Shown here: positions 44,864 to 53,962 of the stretch, piece after piece
Layout of the letters: every line of letters begins with the position of its first letter
Numbering within the stretch: position 1 is the first letter of the stretch
Virus record (IMG/VR): IMGVR_UViG_3300046370_000585
Span: 6,697 to 70,696 of that record
Source: a virus
Length of the DNA stretch: 64,000 nucleotides
Direction: 5' to 3' (one strand)
Notes under the pieces: model-generated
What the model was told of the DNA's origin: nothing
The model's input: only the letters and a program-made list of their open reading frames with translations
Database searches by the model: none
Translations under genes and position numbers: made by a program

Positions 44864-44899
44864 CCCCTCCCCCCTTTTTTCAAAAAAAGGGGAGAGGGG
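44864..44899. terminator. GC-rich inverted repeat with 17-bp arms between convergent regions
   Basis: CCCCTCCCCCCTTTTTT-CA-AAAAAAGGGGAGAGGGG (one mismatch). Confidence 0.6.
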
Positions 44900-44990
44900 A
44901 AGGCGAGGAAACGGGCGGGGGTGGTTTTCTTCAATATAAAATACAATTTTTAATTTATAATAATTGCTTGAACGAAAAAAAAATCGGACC

Positions 44991-45377
44991 TTACTCGATT
45001 TTAAGTAATTTCCTTTTTTTTGCTTTCTTTGGGACGGTCACCGTTAATATACCATCTTTTACCGAGGCAGAAGCAGCATCAGGGTCTATATCATTATATA
45101 CCGCGAATTCTCGATTAATTTCTGCGTTCATTCTATTGTTAATTTTCTTTGATCCCTCGACGATAATTCTATCATGCAAGACTTCAACTTTAATATCTTT
45201 TTTGTTTAACCCAGGAACTGCTGTCGTAATAATATAAGCATCATTAGCCTCATCTATATCTGCACTCAATTTGTAAGAATTTATTGTAGTATCTACAATT
45301 GAATTAGGCTCTACATTAAAAAAATCGGCAAGCAAAGAGCTTCCGAATCCGTTATAATTAATAAATGAATTTGTCAT
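44991..45377 (-). CDS. Small heat-shock protein (Hsp20/alpha-crystallin)
   Basis: DIDEANDAYIITTAVPGLNKKDIKVEV...ASASVKDGILTVTVPK. Probable start is MTNSF. Confidence 0.9.
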   Translation of the reverse strand: MTNSFINYNGFGSSLLADFFNVEPNSIVDTTINSYKLSADIDEANDAYIITTAVPGLNKKDIKVEVLHDRIIVEGSKKINNRMNAEINREFAVYNDIDPDAASASVKDGILTVTVPKKAKKRKLLKIE

Positions 45378-45389
45378 GCAATACATCTT

Positions 45390-45405
45390 GCAGTATTCAT
45401 GCCAA
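45390..45405 (-). promoter_or_regulatory. sigma54 (RpoN)-type -24/-12 promoter for hsp20
   Basis: Minus strand TTGGCATGAATACTGC (GG-N10-GC), 13 nt before ATG 45377. Confidence 0.6.
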
Positions 45406-45473
45406 AAAAATTAGTATAAAAAGCTAATTAATTAACGACTAATTGACCCAATTGTCTTTAAAATAGAGACAAA

Positions 45474-46346
45474 TTGCCTATCATAAGAATGAAAATAGCG
45501 CATGTAGTAAATACTTTAGAGATTAAAGAAAAACATAAATGGGATCATTTACACATCGCTCAAGATGTTACTTTGCGAACAATGAGTTATGCTAAACAAT
45601 CTACATATCATAGTGAAGTTGAGCTTTTTTCTATAAAAAGCAAACAAGATAATTTTACTCCTCCTCCAGAATTTACTTGCCTGCCTGATATTGAGAGAAA
45701 TTGTTCAGACGTATTCCCAGACCTACCTTCTTCGAGGGATTATCCGTTGATTGGGGATATTATAACTCCGATGATAGAATCCTCTGATGCAGATATTTTT
45801 ATTGTCACTAATGTCGATATTAGCATATTTCCTACGTTCTATGATTTTGTTTATAAACATATGCTCATGCATGACATTGATTGTTTAACTATAAATAGAA
45901 GAGATGTTTCTCAAACAATAGATGGTCGATTAATAGATGTAAATACAGTTATAGATGACTTGCCAGAAATAAAAGAAATGTGCAAACCATGGCACGCTTA
46001 TCATCCTGGAACAGACTGCTTTGCTTTTACAAAAGAAATTGCAAAAGATTTAATATGGGGGAATGTTTTTGTTGGCAGACCTCCTGTTGGTCAAATGTTT
46101 TTAGAGAACGGTTACAAATTCACAAAAAAAGGATTTCATAATATCAACAAAAAGCTTACGAATTTTCATCGAAAGCGATTCAAAAAACACGGGCTCGCTT
46201 TTCCTAAAAAGCATTGGGCTTTTCAAACGTTTCATTTAGGTACAACTCAATTTAACGGAGGGAGATGGAAAAACAATAAAAAACTTCAAAAAGACCCTTG
46301 GTACTTAAAAAATATTAAAGCTAAACTTAACGCTTGGCATGATTAG
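45474..46346 (+). CDS. Putative glycosyltransferase-like protein
   Basis: DIFIVTNVDI, INRRD and HPGTDCFAF; first gene of the glycan cluster. Confidence 0.5.
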   Translation: MPIIRMKIAHVVNTLEIKEKHKWDHLHIAQDVTLRTMSYAKQSTYHSEVELFSIKSKQDNFTPPPEFTCLPDIERNCSDVFPDLPSSRDYPLIGDIITPMIESSDADIFIVTNVDISIFPTFYDFVYKHMLMHDIDCLTINRRDVSQTIDGRLIDVNTVIDDLPEIKEMCKPWHAYHPGTDCFAFTKEIAKDLIWGNVFVGRPPVGQMFLENGYKFTKKGFHNINKKLTNFHRKRFKKHGLAFPKKHWAFQTFHLGTTQFNGGRWKNNKKLQKDPWYLKNIKAKLNAWHD

Positions 46347-47082
46347 TCATTCTCTCAAGTTTATATTTATTCAAATCCCTGAATGTTCAAACGTTTTTCT
46401 AGAAAAAGCAATAGAACCTTATTGCGATGAAATTGAAGTCAAATCGCTTGAGAAAACAAAATTTCTACAAAATCTAGGGCTTCAAGAAGCTTCTAAACAA
46501 TTTCTAGATTATTTTACGTTCTCTTTGGTGCGAGATCCTTACGAAAGATTTTTATTGACTTGGAAAAATCACAAGAAAGATGATTGTCCTATAGATGATT
46601 TTATAGATCAAGCGATTTTTTTTTTAAAACAAAGGCCTGCTAGATTTTATAAAAAAGTGTATCACCATAATGAGCTTCCACAAAAAGTAATGATAAAACC
46701 AGGTAATAGAAAATATAAAAGAAAATGGTTTGCAAGAAAAATTAGAATAAAATATCCCTTTAATGACAATGGAGAAATTGGGTATAAATTACTTCCTCAA
46801 GTATATTTTTTACAGTTTTGTAGAGCAATGAAGTTGTGTCAAAATGGAAAATCAAAAGAAGAGGATTCTTATTACAATGCTGTTAGACCTGTAGATTTAA
46901 TTTTTACAAATAAAGATATTGAGAGTAAATTCAAAATTATCTCTCAAAAACTAAAAACCCCTTTGATAGTGAAATCCGATTCGCCAGAACAATCTTCTGA
47001 TGAAATTTTATCTGACGCTCAAAAGAATAAGATCAGAAATATGTATTCTGATGATTTTACTTTTCTTTCCGAATTTTTATAA
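46339..47082 (+). CDS. Sulfotransferase family 2-like (degenerate 5'-PSB)
   Basis: MISHSLKFIFIQIPEC, FSLVRDPYERF, LPQ and YSDDF. Confidence 0.65.
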   Translation: MISHSLKFIFIQIPECSNVFLEKAIEPYCDEIEVKSLEKTKFLQNLGLQEASKQFLDYFTFSLVRDPYERFLLTWKNHKKDDCPIDDFIDQAIFFLKQRPARFYKKVYHHNELPQKVMIKPGNRKYKRKWFARKIRIKYPFNDNGEIGYKLLPQVYFLQFCRAMKLCQNGKSKEEDSYYNAVRPVDLIFTNKDIESKFKIISQKLKTPLIVKSDSPEQSSDEILSDAQKNKIRNMYSDDFTFLSEFL

Positions 47083-47084
47083 AA

Positions 47085-47795
47085 ATGATTAATTGGTCCA
47101 GGAAATGTATTTTCGCAAGAGTGCCAAAGACTGCCTCAAGCTCGCTAATGCATGCAATTTATGGTCAAATAGAATTTCATAAACAAACAAGTAAAATTAG
47201 CGGAAAATATAAAAGATGGGCAGGAATTAAACATCCAAAAGGGTGGAGTCAAATTAAATGGATTAAAAACCCTGGTAGATTTGATTTAAACCATGTACCC
47301 TTACCTTTCATAAAAGAATCTGTAGATTTGAAAAAATATATTAATTTTTACAAATTTGGGTTTGTCAGAAACCCATGGGATAGAGTTTATGCTCAATATA
47401 GATATAGTTTTGATTGGATGGTGCAAGATAATATTTATCACAAAATAATGAAATGGAACCCTCCTAGTTTTGAAGAATTCTGCAATAAACTCGATGACCC
47501 AGAAACAATATGGTTTACGAAAACTAAATGGACTCAAGCTTTTTTTTGTCAAGGAGCAGACTTTATCGGAAGGTTTGAAACTTTAAATGAAGACTATGAG
47601 TCTTTAATTGCTTCTCATAAAGGATTCAAGAAATCCGCAAAAAAAATGCCTCATGTTAATGCTCATATAGGAGTAAAAACTCCTTGGTGGAAAATGTATA
47701 ATTCAGAAACATCTAAGCTGGTTGAAAAAAAATACGAAGAAGATATAGATAAATTTAAATATTTGGGGCCATTTCATGATTCTGTGCAAGAGTAA
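47085..47795 (+). CDS. Sulfotransferase family 2
   Basis: RVPKTASSS, FGFVRNPWDR, DFIGRFETL and YEEDIDKFKY. Confidence 0.85.
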   Translation: MINWSRKCIFARVPKTASSSLMHAIYGQIEFHKQTSKISGKYKRWAGIKHPKGWSQIKWIKNPGRFDLNHVPLPFIKESVDLKKYINFYKFGFVRNPWDRVYAQYRYSFDWMVQDNIYHKIMKWNPPSFEEFCNKLDDPETIWFTKTKWTQAFFCQGADFIGRFETLNEDYESLIASHKGFKKSAKKMPHVNAHIGVKTPWWKMYNSETSKLVEKKYEEDIDKFKYLGPFHDSVQE

Positions 47796-48426
47796 AAAAT
47801 TTATATATATTCATTGCTTAAAAACTGCAGGAACAAGCATCGGGTACTGTCTTAGCAGGGTTTGCTCTAAACAAGATGTAATAATAGGATATGACAATAA
47901 AGGAGAATTTTGTGAAAAATCTCCATTTTATAGAAAAAAGCATTTGTCCATGAGTGAGCTTATGGACATTAAGCCTGGTTTAGATTACAAAAAATATTTT
48001 AAATTTGGATTTTGTCGAAACCCTTTCGAGCTTGCTGTTTCAGCTTTTTATTTCTTTAAAACATGGAAACTTCCTGCGGAACAGCAACCCTTTGCATCTA
48101 TAAATTATAAAAGGCAAGAGGCTATGAAAGGTATGGATTTTAATGATTTCATATCGTCTGAATGGTACCAAAGAATTCCTACGATTCATTCCATGCTTTT
48201 TAAAGATGGTAAGCCTATTGTTGACTTTATAGGTAGATTTGAGAACATTGACGCAGATTTTAACTTTATTAAAAATAAAATTTGCCTAAATGAGGATATT
48301 CAACTTTCGCACAAAAACAAAACTAGTAGACCTATGGATATTAGAAAAATATACTCTAGCACGTCTAAAAGAATTGTTGAAGAGAAAAACGCAAAAGATT
48401 TAGAATATTTCAAGTATGAATATTAA
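47776..48426 (+). CDS. Sulfotransferase family 2
   Basis: FIYIHCLKTAGTS, FGFCRNPFE, VDFIGRFEN and KDLEYFKY. Confidence 0.85.
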   Translation: MILCKSKKFIYIHCLKTAGTSIGYCLSRVCSKQDVIIGYDNKGEFCEKSPFYRKKHLSMSELMDIKPGLDYKKYFKFGFCRNPFELAVSAFYFFKTWKLPAEQQPFASINYKRQEAMKGMDFNDFISSEWYQRIPTIHSMLFKDGKPIVDFIGRFENIDADFNFIKNKICLNEDIQLSHKNKTSRPMDIRKIYSSTSKRIVEEKNAKDLEYFKYEY

Positions 48427-49261
48427 TATAAATATGGCAAGAAAGAAAAAGAAATCGTCTAAAAGAAAAAAAGCAAAACTGAAGAAGAAAAAGCAGGAAG
48501 CCTATGCAAGAAAAAATGCTGCACCTTTACCAAATGTTCAATATGTACACTTAGCCAGGCAAGCCATACAGGAGAGTTCTTGGGACGGGTATAAAATAAG
48601 GTATATGCTTCAAAACCGTCAGAGAACCGTTTGGCCGAGATCTTTTTTCGAAAAAATTACATCCCTTGAGTGTGAAAAAACCATAGATTATATTTTTATA
48701 GGTAATATTAATGCAGGCTGCACGTCTCTAGATGAAGGAAGAAGGCGTCGCTCGCAATTGGTTTTTGAAAACAGAAAGTGGATTCTTAGATTCATAGAAT
48801 ATAATTTTACGAACGAATCGTTCTTGCAGTTTACCGATGAAAATACCCTGCAATTATATGAATCTGCTCGCCGAAGGGCTGATGAAGAAGAGGGGATATT
48901 TCAAGACAAACCATATGATTATACTAATAAGGCGTGGAGAGAAGAAATTCCTTACGTTCCGAGGGAAGTGGAAAACTCCTCGGGCGAGCCGTACTTTGAC
49001 TTAGAATACTTTAAAAAAATGAACCAAGCAAAGTTTTGCCTTTGTCCAGGTGGGGATTCTCCATGGAGCTATAGATTCTATGAAGCTATTATGTGTAAAT
49101 GCATACCCATTATTCATTCTCCCCAAGAAGGGCCCCGAACCCGCAGAGAAAGGCGTTTAGGTTATAAGTGCTACTTTAGAAATGATGCCCACGTATACGA
49201 CGAGTCTATAGTTAAACATAATTTAGAAATTTTTGAAAAAGAATCGTTATTAGTTGAGTGA
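48416..49261 (+). CDS. Exostosin (GT47)-like glycosyltransferase domain protein
   Basis: YFKKMNQAKFCLCPGGDSPWSYRFYEAIMCKCIPII. Confidence 0.75.
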   Translation: MNININMARKKKKSSKRKKAKLKKKKQEAYARKNAAPLPNVQYVHLARQAIQESSWDGYKIRYMLQNRQRTVWPRSFFEKITSLECEKTIDYIFIGNINAGCTSLDEGRRRRSQLVFENRKWILRFIEYNFTNESFLQFTDENTLQLYESARRRADEEEGIFQDKPYDYTNKAWREEIPYVPREVENSSGEPYFDLEYFKKMNQAKFCLCPGGDSPWSYRFYEAIMCKCIPIIHSPQEGPRTRRERRLGYKCYFRNDAHVYDESIVKHNLEIFEKESLLVE

Positions 49262-50061
49262 AGAAAATTGTTCAAATTAGTTCGCCTAGATCTGGGTCAA
49301 ATCTATTTTGCCAAATGGTTGAGCATTTTAGCAATATGAGCGTAAAATATGAAGTTTTTCATAAGAAAGATGAGTGGATTATGAAAATGATGAGGGAAGT
49401 GTGCGAGTCTGAAAATCCATCTCCAGGAATATTAAGTTTTGCAAAAGATTTTGTTGAAGGCAAGATAAAGTGGAATAAAGAAGAGGTTTTTAAAAAAAAG
49501 AATATAATAAAGTTAATTGAAGAATATATGTCTTGCTTGGGTATTGAGAATTTTTATTTTAAATTATTTTCAGAGCATTTGAATAAAGCAAGAAGGTATG
49601 AGCTTATTTCTCGATGTGATGGAATGGTTTTTGTTGAGCGAAATATTATTGACTCTCTTATTTCGTACGAAAAGGCCTTGTATTGCAAAGAGTGGAGTAA
49701 TGCGAATACTTCTAGTTTAAAAATAGAATTTAAGCCCGAAAGATATGAGTGGTTTAAAAGGAGGTTTATTTTTCCTAAAAACGAAATGAAAGACGTTGCG
49801 AAAAATATGCAAATTCCTTTTTTTTGTATAAGATATGAAGATTTTGTTAAATTGACCCATGCAGAAAAAACAAAGTTAGTTAAAAAGTTAATGCTTGATA
49901 ATTTTAACATAGAATGCGGAGAGTTTGATACTGAAGAGTATAACTATACTAGATTCAGAAAGCAAGATAGATCTAGTTATTTCTATCAAAAACTTTCTAA
50001 TCCTAAGCTATTTAAGGAGTACTATGAGTCGGTCATAAGATATGAAATTAATCAGGTGTAA
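49258..50061 (+). CDS. Sulfotransferase (Stf0/P-loop type)
   Basis: ISSPRSGSNLF (5'-PSB), VERNIIDSLISY..A...W (3'-PB) and RYED. Confidence 0.7.
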   Translation: MKKIVQISSPRSGSNLFCQMVEHFSNMSVKYEVFHKKDEWIMKMMREVCESENPSPGILSFAKDFVEGKIKWNKEEVFKKKNIIKLIEEYMSCLGIENFYFKLFSEHLNKARRYELISRCDGMVFVERNIIDSLISYEKALYCKEWSNANTSSLKIEFKPERYEWFKRRFIFPKNEMKDVAKNMQIPFFCIRYEDFVKLTHAEKTKLVKKLMLDNFNIECGEFDTEEYNYTRFRKQDRSSYFYQKLSNPKLFKEYYESVIRYEINQV

Positions 50062-51058
50062 CGATAAGTTTGTGCATAACGCATGGACTTCCTGCGAAAA
50101 CGCATTAACAAAAATACGACAACTTCCTAATGTAGAGCTGTATTCTTTTTTGGAGGATCATTATAAATTCAATACAAATAAAAGATGGGCTAAAAAAATA
50201 ATAAAATCTCCATTTATCGGCATAATTCATACTCCTTTAAATTCTTTTAAGTATACAAAAGAACGTCGCTACAGGTTTAATGGTTTTGGATTTTTGGAAT
50301 CATTAAAAAATTGCAAAGGTTTATTTTTTATGTCTAAAGCGGAGTTAGAAAACTGGCGCAGGCATTTTGATATAATTCAGCATAAGCCTTGGAGGGAAAA
50401 TCTTAAAAAATCATATGATCTCTCACACATTGAATTAGATTCAATCATGCATCCTGCGAGACCTTTTGAAGAAGAGCATCATTTTTGCTGGGAAGAATTT
50501 AAAGATCAAAAACATAAAAAAATAATTCAGAGCGGTTATTGGTTACGAAAAATTTATTCAATATATAAATTAGATACCCATTACAATGAAGGAACCGATT
50601 TCGAATGGTCAAAATGCATAAAACCTTTTGATCGATGGAATAAAAAGCAAGTTGATATAACTTGTGCAAATGACGGTGTGACAATAGAAAGCTGGAGAAA
50701 ACAATGGGTTAGGGGATTGTTAAAAACACAGCACGATGAATATTCCAAGCTTCTTAGAAGCAGTGTGTTTTACTTAGATCTTTATGATTTTACATCTAAT
50801 AATACAATTATTGACTGTATTACTACTTCAACGCCCGTACTTGTTAATCGACACCCTGCTTCAGAGCAATATTTAGGTAAGGATTATCCTTTATTGTATG
50901 ATGACAGGTGGGACGCTGAAACGAAATTGACAAAACCTGAGTTAATTAAAGATGCTCATATTTATCTTAAGGAAAAAGACAAATCTATGTTCTCTTACGA
51001 TTATTTTCGAAAAAGTATATTAGATTCGAATGTTGTACGATCCGTGTTGAAAAAATAA
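50042..51058 (+). CDS. Putative GT-B-like glycosyltransferase
   Basis: GYWLRK and YLDLYDFTSNNTIIDCI...TPVLVNRHPA..QYLG.DYPL; lies within the glycan cluster. Confidence 0.5.
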   Translation: MKLIRCNDKFVHNAWTSCENALTKIRQLPNVELYSFLEDHYKFNTNKRWAKKIIKSPFIGIIHTPLNSFKYTKERRYRFNGFGFLESLKNCKGLFFMSKAELENWRRHFDIIQHKPWRENLKKSYDLSHIELDSIMHPARPFEEEHHFCWEEFKDQKHKKIIQSGYWLRKIYSIYKLDTHYNEGTDFEWSKCIKPFDRWNKKQVDITCANDGVTIESWRKQWVRGLLKTQHDEYSKLLRSSVFYLDLYDFTSNNTIIDCITTSTPVLVNRHPASEQYLGKDYPLLYDDRWDAETKLTKPELIKDAHIYLKEKDKSMFSYDYFRKSILDSNVVRSVLKK

Positions 51059-51080
51059 GGATTAAAATTATCATCATACA

Positions 51081-51770
51081 ATGGATGATAATAAAGAAAG
51101 TATTTGTATAGTGGGGAACTCTGCTTCTGTTATCGGAAGGGGAAAAGGTTCAGAGATAGATAAGTTTGATAACGTATGTAGGATAAATGACTGGGTGGTC
51201 AATGGATTTCAAAAAGATGTAGGTTCTAAAATTACACATTGGGTTACAGGAGGCGGCCGCCAAATTCCTAAATGGAGCAGAGGTAGAAGTTTAAAGAATA
51301 AGTATACAATTGTATTATGGCCTGTGCAAATTTTTCCTATGTGGAGAAGGCATGCAAAAGAAACGTATCATACAGATGGAAGTATGTTTGAAGCAGCCCC
51401 TTATGTTAAAAAAGAATTACTCAAAAGATGGGGGTATGCATTAGATGACTTTTCAATATGGAAAGATAATAATTCACCAGACTTACATGATACAAGAGAT
51501 AATATAACTTTTGTACCAGAATATATAAGTGAAAGAATTGCGGCAAATACTGTTGCGTACCCGACTACGGGACTCGCAACAATAGCTTATTTTAGATTTA
51601 TATTAAAATATAATGTCACTACTATTGGTTTTGATTTTTTTCTTAAACACCGATCACACTATTGGGATGGTGACAAAGGACTGCAAACCAGAATCGAAGG
51701 ACATACCTTGGAGTCCGATAGAGATGTATACCAAGATTGGCTATCTAGCGGAATTATCCAAGAGCTTTGA
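51081..51770 (+). CDS. GT29 sialyltransferase-like protein
   Basis: Sialylmotif L (CIVGNS...GSEIDKFDNVCRIN), S (PTTG...GFDF), III (HYWD) and VS-like (HTLESD). Confidence 0.8.
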   Translation: MDDNKESICIVGNSASVIGRGKGSEIDKFDNVCRINDWVVNGFQKDVGSKITHWVTGGGRQIPKWSRGRSLKNKYTIVLWPVQIFPMWRRHAKETYHTDGSMFEAAPYVKKELLKRWGYALDDFSIWKDNNSPDLHDTRDNITFVPEYISERIAANTVAYPTTGLATIAYFRFILKYNVTTIGFDFFLKHRSHYWDGDKGLQTRIEGHTLESDRDVYQDWLSSGIIQEL

Positions 51771-51983
51771 TATCGCGGTTTTTAAATCCTCCACTTCTTC
51801 TAAACTCAATTTAACTTCTCCATTATAATCATCTGATATTGTAATATAATTTTCTTTATCTGGATTATGATGAGTTATTTTTGGACAACATCTTCCTCTT
51901 CCGCACAATATTATTGTTCTATTGTTGTTTTTTATTTCTTCTTTCATAAAAATATATAAAGATTTATAAGGAGTTGCAAGTTT

Positions 51984-52196
51984 TCACTTGCTACTCCTTT
52001 TATTCTTTTTACGCTTATATGACTTTATGTAAATCTGAGCTTCTGCATAAACTCTCTCAGCTTGACCTAATTTAATTAATTCATATGGCGTGCGATTGTT
52101 AAATTTTTCAATAGGCGTCCCTAGCCAAGTTGTGGCAATATATGAAGGTAGCGATTCCGATAAAACTTGTAAAATTTGAAAAGTCTTTAAATTCAT
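51984..52196 (-). CDS. Stand-alone Xre/MbcA/ParS antitoxin C-terminal-like domain
   Basis: ATTWLGTPIEKFNNRTPYELIKLGQAERV matches the W-L-x-x-P...P-x-x-L...G...V pattern. Confidence 0.6.
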   Translation of the reverse strand: MNLKTFQILQVLSESLPSYIATTWLGTPIEKFNNRTPYELIKLGQAERVYAEAQIYIKSYKRKKNKRSSK

Positions 52197-52253
52197 GTAG
52201 TTTATTATATAAATTTTTTTAAAAAATAAAATAATATTCGTGTATATAGTTTT

Positions 52254-52688
52254 ATGGGACCCATATTGAATACAGTGATTGGCGCGGGAATTAAGCTTGC
52301 TGCAAATTTAATAAATTACTGGCTGGAGCAGAAGCGCGCTGACCAAATGATTCTTGCAGCGAGAGATAATGAGATGCTTAAAGCATTGATAGAAAATCAA
52401 GCAAGGCAAGCGCTTGATCCTTTCGTTAAGGTCACAAGGAGAATACTATTCCTTACGATTACCTTTACGATGTGTTTTTTAATGATATATTATGCAATGA
52501 ACCCAAGCATAACCTATGATTTAATCGTTCCCAAGGGTGAAAATTCTAGTCTAGGTTTTTTTAGTTGGGTATTTGGTGGAAAAGATTGGGAACTTGTTAA
52601 AATGACAGGAGGATTAATGCTAGCATCTTTTATGGATTTATGTTTTATGATTATTGGCTTTTATGCGATTCCAAGCAGATCAAGATGA
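52254..52688 (+). CDS. Membrane protein, candidate holin
   Basis: Amphipathic N-terminus plus two hydrophobic segments; ends IIGFYAIPSRSR. Confidence 0.45.
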   Translation: MGPILNTVIGAGIKLAANLINYWLEQKRADQMILAARDNEMLKALIENQARQALDPFVKVTRRILFLTITFTMCFLMIYYAMNPSITYDLIVPKGENSSLGFFSWVFGGKDWELVKMTGGLMLASFMDLCFMIIGFYAIPSRSR

Positions 52689-52975
52689 GAAAAATTTTAA
52701 TACTTTTACTGTTAGCTTTATCTAGCTGTATATCTACTAAAAATAAGGCAAACCCAGTTATGGTTAAGCAAGAAGCTGTTCAGTTTGAAAATATTGATCT
52801 TGATTCAGACGGTGAAATTTCAAAAAAAGAAATTGATGTATTTAATAAATTTTCCTTAAATAAAAATTCTACCTATGAAACTAAAGCGCCTATATGGATT
52901 ACTGTAGGGATAATATTTTTAACGTTATTAATGTGTCTAGTTTCTAGCTGGATAAAATGCAGTAAAAGTGAATAA
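52685..52975 (+). CDS. Lipoprotein with EF-hand-like loop and C-terminal TM helix
   Basis: MRKILILLLLALSSC lipobox; DLDSDGEISKKE; IWITVGIIFLTLLMCLV. Confidence 0.6.
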   Translation: MRKILILLLLALSSCISTKNKANPVMVKQEAVQFENIDLDSDGEISKKEIDVFNKFSLNKNSTYETKAPIWITVGIIFLTLLMCLVSSWIKCSKSE

Positions 52976-53576
52976 TTTTTTTGAAACGTTGATTGCTGTC
53001 GAAAGTATTATTGTTGCTTTCGTAACTATTGTTTCTACATTTGGAGGTCTATGGTTAAAGAAAAAATGGGGAGATAAGAATCACCAAAAAGAACTTGAAC
53101 ATATAACTTTTAAAAATGCAGAGATTATTAAAGTATTACAAGGCGTCATGACGGATTTAGGCAGCGATCGAGCGTATGTTTTTGAATTTCACAATGGCGA
53201 TTATTTCTCTTCGGGAATGCCTATGCAAAAATTTACATGCACATATGAAGTTGTTTCTGAGGGAGTTAGCGCAGAATGCCATAATCCAGGAGAATATAGA
53301 ATGTCTAATTATAACGATTATATTAGCTCAATGGTACATAAAAGAGATTACATCATTCAAAACGTTTCAAATATGAAATCTGATGCATTACTGAAAGCTT
53401 TACTAACCAAAAAAGGCGTAAAAAGCCTCTACAACATACCTATAAAGACTTTTGGCGGGAGAACGATAGGTTTTATAGGCTTAGACTTTGTAAAGCAGGA
53501 AATAAACCTTTCAGGGGAACAAATTAACTGTTTAAGATCTGCCGCCAAAATTATCACTGGATACATTGCTCAATAG
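52968..53576 (+). CDS. N-terminal TM plus GAF-like domain protein
   Basis: TM at about residues 8-29; DRAYVFEFHNG, CTYEVV and GVKSLYNIPI...IGFIGLDF. Confidence 0.6.
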   Translation: MNNFFETLIAVESIIVAFVTIVSTFGGLWLKKKWGDKNHQKELEHITFKNAEIIKVLQGVMTDLGSDRAYVFEFHNGDYFSSGMPMQKFTCTYEVVSEGVSAECHNPGEYRMSNYNDYISSMVHKRDYIIQNVSNMKSDALLKALLTKKGVKSLYNIPIKTFGGRTIGFIGLDFVKQEINLSGEQINCLRSAAKIITGYIAQ

Positions 53577-53599
53577 AAACTTATTAAGTTTAAGATATA

Positions 53600-53962
53600 A
53601 TGTTTATGTCTTTTATATATTGTCAATCATGTGGATCTAAAATTGAATATACTACTCAAAAGCCTAATTTTTGTTCTAAGTGTGGTACTGCGCTAGCATC
53701 AATTCCTAATCAAAACACCAAAATTAAACCCCCCGCTCAGACTGCTGAACCAAGCGAAATAGAATCTGTGCCTAAAATCACAAGAATAGATTGCGAGATC
53801 TCTGCATCAAATCATAATGATACTATTGGCAGCGTTATTGGTAAAGGTTCAATAGGAGATATGAAAAGAGCGCCATACGTTCCTAGACATGGAAGCGCTT
53901 CTAACGATTCCTTGGAGTTTTGTCGTTCCAGCAAAACAAGGGATATCGACGAAAGTGGCTGA
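53600..53962 (+). CDS. Zinc-ribbon protein
   Basis: YCQSCGSKI...NFCSKCGTAL. Confidence 0.65.
   Translation: MFMSFIYCQSCGSKIEYTTQKPNFCSKCGTALASIPNQNTKIKPPAQTAEPSEIESVPKITRIDCEISASNHNDTIGSVIGKGSIGDMKRAPYVPRHGSASNDSLEFCRSSKTRDIDESG

Noticed and set aside
44968-45237. Antisense short ORFs overlapping well-supported genes (here and throughout the window)
   Set aside because: They lie opposite motif-bearing genes and have no promoter or Shine-Dalgarno support.
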